A DNA stretch of 63,432 bases, the filler included, from Octopus bimaculoides (taxonomy: Eukaryota): assembly GCF_001194135.2 (NCBI RefSeq). It is 6 parts of 6 records of this genome, joined end to end, with 100 filler letters (N's around TTAATTAATTAA, not from the genome) between each part and the next. Parts side by side here need not be neighbours in the genome. Positions count along the whole stretch, not along the records: positions 58,414 to 63,432 come from NC_068997.1; 5 more parts are not named here. One strand, given 5' to 3'. Each line of letters starts with the position of its first letter. Position 1 is the first letter of the stretch. The notes under the pieces were generated by a model that did not search any database, was not told where the DNA came from, and saw only the letters and a program-made list of their open reading frames with translations. Below, piece by piece: positions 61,076 through 63,432 of the stretch. Position numbers and translations under genes: made by a program.

Positions 61076-61505
61076 GAGACGATAACACATGGCTATCTAC
61101 ATACACATGCGCATACATACAAAGACATATGGAGACACACATCCACACATAACAGATACACATACAGTCATACAAACCCATACACATAGGAACGCTCAAA
61201 CACGCACACACAAGGAGACAGAGGTACACACACACTCATACATACAAACACACAAACACGCTCACAAAAAGACATGAATATGCAGAATACATACATACAT
61301 GCATACATACATACATATATACGTACATACACGCATACATACATATATGCATATACACACATATACATACCTACACAAGCACACATACAAGCTGATGCAC
61401 ACACATGCGTACAAACAGGCAAAAGGACCGCAGCTCCAATAATGTACAGAGTCAACATCCATCGACAAGGTTGCAAAAGGAACGAAAATTTCGAAAGAAA
61501 TAGAA
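60945..61505 (-). repeat. Right arm of long inverted repeat
   Basis: See left arm; ORFs 58737(+) and 61572(-) share LLQPCxWMLTLxIIxAAxLLPVC. Confidence 0.8.
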
Positions 61506-61599
61506 ATAATGATTGTGTTAATAAGGTTTTAAGACAATATGACTCTCCCAAGACACAATATAATACATACATACAGACATGTATACATGTGTATATATG

Positions 61600-61810
61600 T
61601 GTATCTTTGTGTCTGTGTTCGTTCCCGTATCACCACTTGGCTACTAGTGTTGGTGTGTTTACGTCCCCGTAACGTAGCGGTTCAGCAAAATAGACTTTTT
61701 ACTAGGCTTAAAAAAGAAGTTTTGTGGTCGATTTCTTCGACTAATAACCGTTCAAGGCAGTGTTTCAGCATGGCCGCAGACAAATGACTGAATCACATCA
61801 AAGAATATAT
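61600..61810 (+). mobile_element. 3' half of CORE-like SINE
   Basis: GGTGTGTTTACGTCCCCGTAACGTAGCGGTTCAGCAAAA..CATGGCCGCAGACAAATGACTGAA. Confidence 0.8.
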
Positions 61811-63399
61811 ATATATNNNNNNNNNNNNNNNNNNNNNNNNNNNNNNNNNNNNNNNNNNNNNNNNNNNNNNNNNNNNNNNNNNNNNNNNNNNNNNNNNNNN
61901 NNNNNNNNNNNNNNNNNNNNNNNNNNNNNNNNNNNNNNNNNNNNNNNNNNNNNNNNNNNNNNNNNNNNNNNNNNNNNNNNNNNNNNNNNNNNNNNNNNNN
62001 NNNNNNNNNNNNNNNNNNNNNNNNNNNNNNNNNNNNNNNNNNNNNNNNNNNNNNNNNNNNNNNNNNNNNNNNNNNNNNNNNNNNNNNNNNNNNNNNNNNN
62101 NNNNNNNNNNNNNNNNNNNNNNNNNNNNNNNNNNNNNNNNNNNNNNNNNNNNNNNNNNNNNNNNNNNNNNNNNNNNNNNNNNNNNNNNNNNNNNNNNNNN
62201 NNNNNNNNNNNNNNNNNNNNNNNNNAATATTTGAGGACATTCGTTGTAGATATAAGAATATAAGAAAAGGTAATTTCAAAAAGAACAATTCAAACTTTTG
62301 TGGGGATCCAAAAAGAGAGAAAAGGTGATTTCTAATAAGGATTCATCATATTCATGAAAATCAGCCAAAACAGGTAATAAGAATATGAAAATAATATTTG
62401 AGGACATTCGTTGTAGATATAAGAATATATGTATATGCAAAAATGCATGCAAAAGAATGTGAGAAAAAATTTAAATATCATAGTGATTATAATTATAATT
62501 TAAAATAAAAAATTAAAATTAAGAATAAAAATTAAAATAAAATTTAAAATTTGATTTATGCATTGTCATTCTCATCAGTGAGGAAGCTTTTGAAGGACAT
62601 CAAGAAAAATTAATAAGATGAAGTAAAATGAGATAAAAATAAAATAAAATAAAAACAAAATAAGATACAATAAGAGAACACAGATGGAGCAATAAGGGAA
62701 ATCGGGTATTTTACAAACCAAGTTGTGAACGGGAAAAATAATGATAACAACAATAATAATGGTAAGAGAGACGAAAAATTAAAAAAAAATATATCAATTT
62801 GTCTGCAAGTGTATATGTGCAGTGAAACTATAACATATGAATCTAACAGATGTGTTTAGAAAGATAATAATAATAAACACCGTTCTAGACGAAATACAAT
62901 GTAAACAAGGCCACGTGTGTTTATTAGAGTACAGTGTAACAATTTCACTAGCAAAAGAAAGCCATAGAGGGTTATACATATACATAATAATATTATTGAA
63001 AAACGAGTAAATATATATATATATATATTATTTACCAGAAGCTTAAAGCTGATGAACAAGACTATATTTGAGAATGAAAGCAGAGACAAAAACAAAATCA
63101 AAGAGTTTGTTTTCAAAGAGAGACGATGATCAAAGACAGGGTAGGCCGGTGTGTTCAACAGAATTTCATGCCAGGGGTAGGAGAGGCAATTGAAAAAATA
63201 ATCGAAAAAAGATAAGAAACAAAGACGAATATATGAAGGATAAAAGTTTATATTAAATAATTAACAATAGGGAAAAAAACGTATACACATAACACAAAAG
63301 GAATATACATTCAAACATAGGCATATACGTGTGTGTATATATATGTGTATATGTGTGCATGTGTGTGTGTGTGTGTGTATATATATGTGTATGTAAAAA

Positions 63400-63432
<33 letters not shown>

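Noticed and set aside
9315-62288. Long ORFs in the track rich in X, YI, CV, HT, SL or ER
   Set aside because: Produced by N-runs and dinucleotide microsatellites; not genes.
62226-62429. Perfect 37-bp direct repeat (62226-62262 and 62393-62429)
   Set aside because: One copy starts exactly at a gap edge, so an assembly artefact is likely; cannot be treated as an LTR or TSD.

Overview
AT-rich, repeat-dominated eukaryotic genomic DNA from a gapped draft scaffold (about 20 N-runs, roughly 10% of the window). The repeat landscape (tRNA-headed SINEs with internal (TA/TG)n, RTE, CR1, R4/Dong-type LINEs, Penelope-like elements, DD37D maT transposons, dense microsatellites) suggests a cephalopod, probably Octopus; this is an inference, not a database result. 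I found no intact protein-coding gene, rRNA, bona fide tRNA or CRISPR array, and most long ORFs in the track are artefacts of N-runs or microsatellites. All identifiable coding sequence is decayed transposon. Weak splice-site evidence points to a possible plus-strand host gene with micro-exons starting near 21.8 kb and a possible minus-strand first exon near 3.6 kb. The most interesting observations are: (i) a C4HC3 PHD finger inserted inside the reverse transcriptase of an RTE LINE; (ii) a tRNA-headed SINE-like element with a Penelope-type minimal hammerhead ribozyme tail, plus a second copy with an intact core; (iii) a Naiad-like Penelope fragment bracketed by about 550-bp inverted repeats; (iv) three R4/Dong-type LINEs, each at a (TAA)n tract; (v) an RTE 3' UTR built from tandem double-hairpin units shared with several ORF-less copies. 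Repeat boundaries are approximate unless TIR or TSD positions are given.
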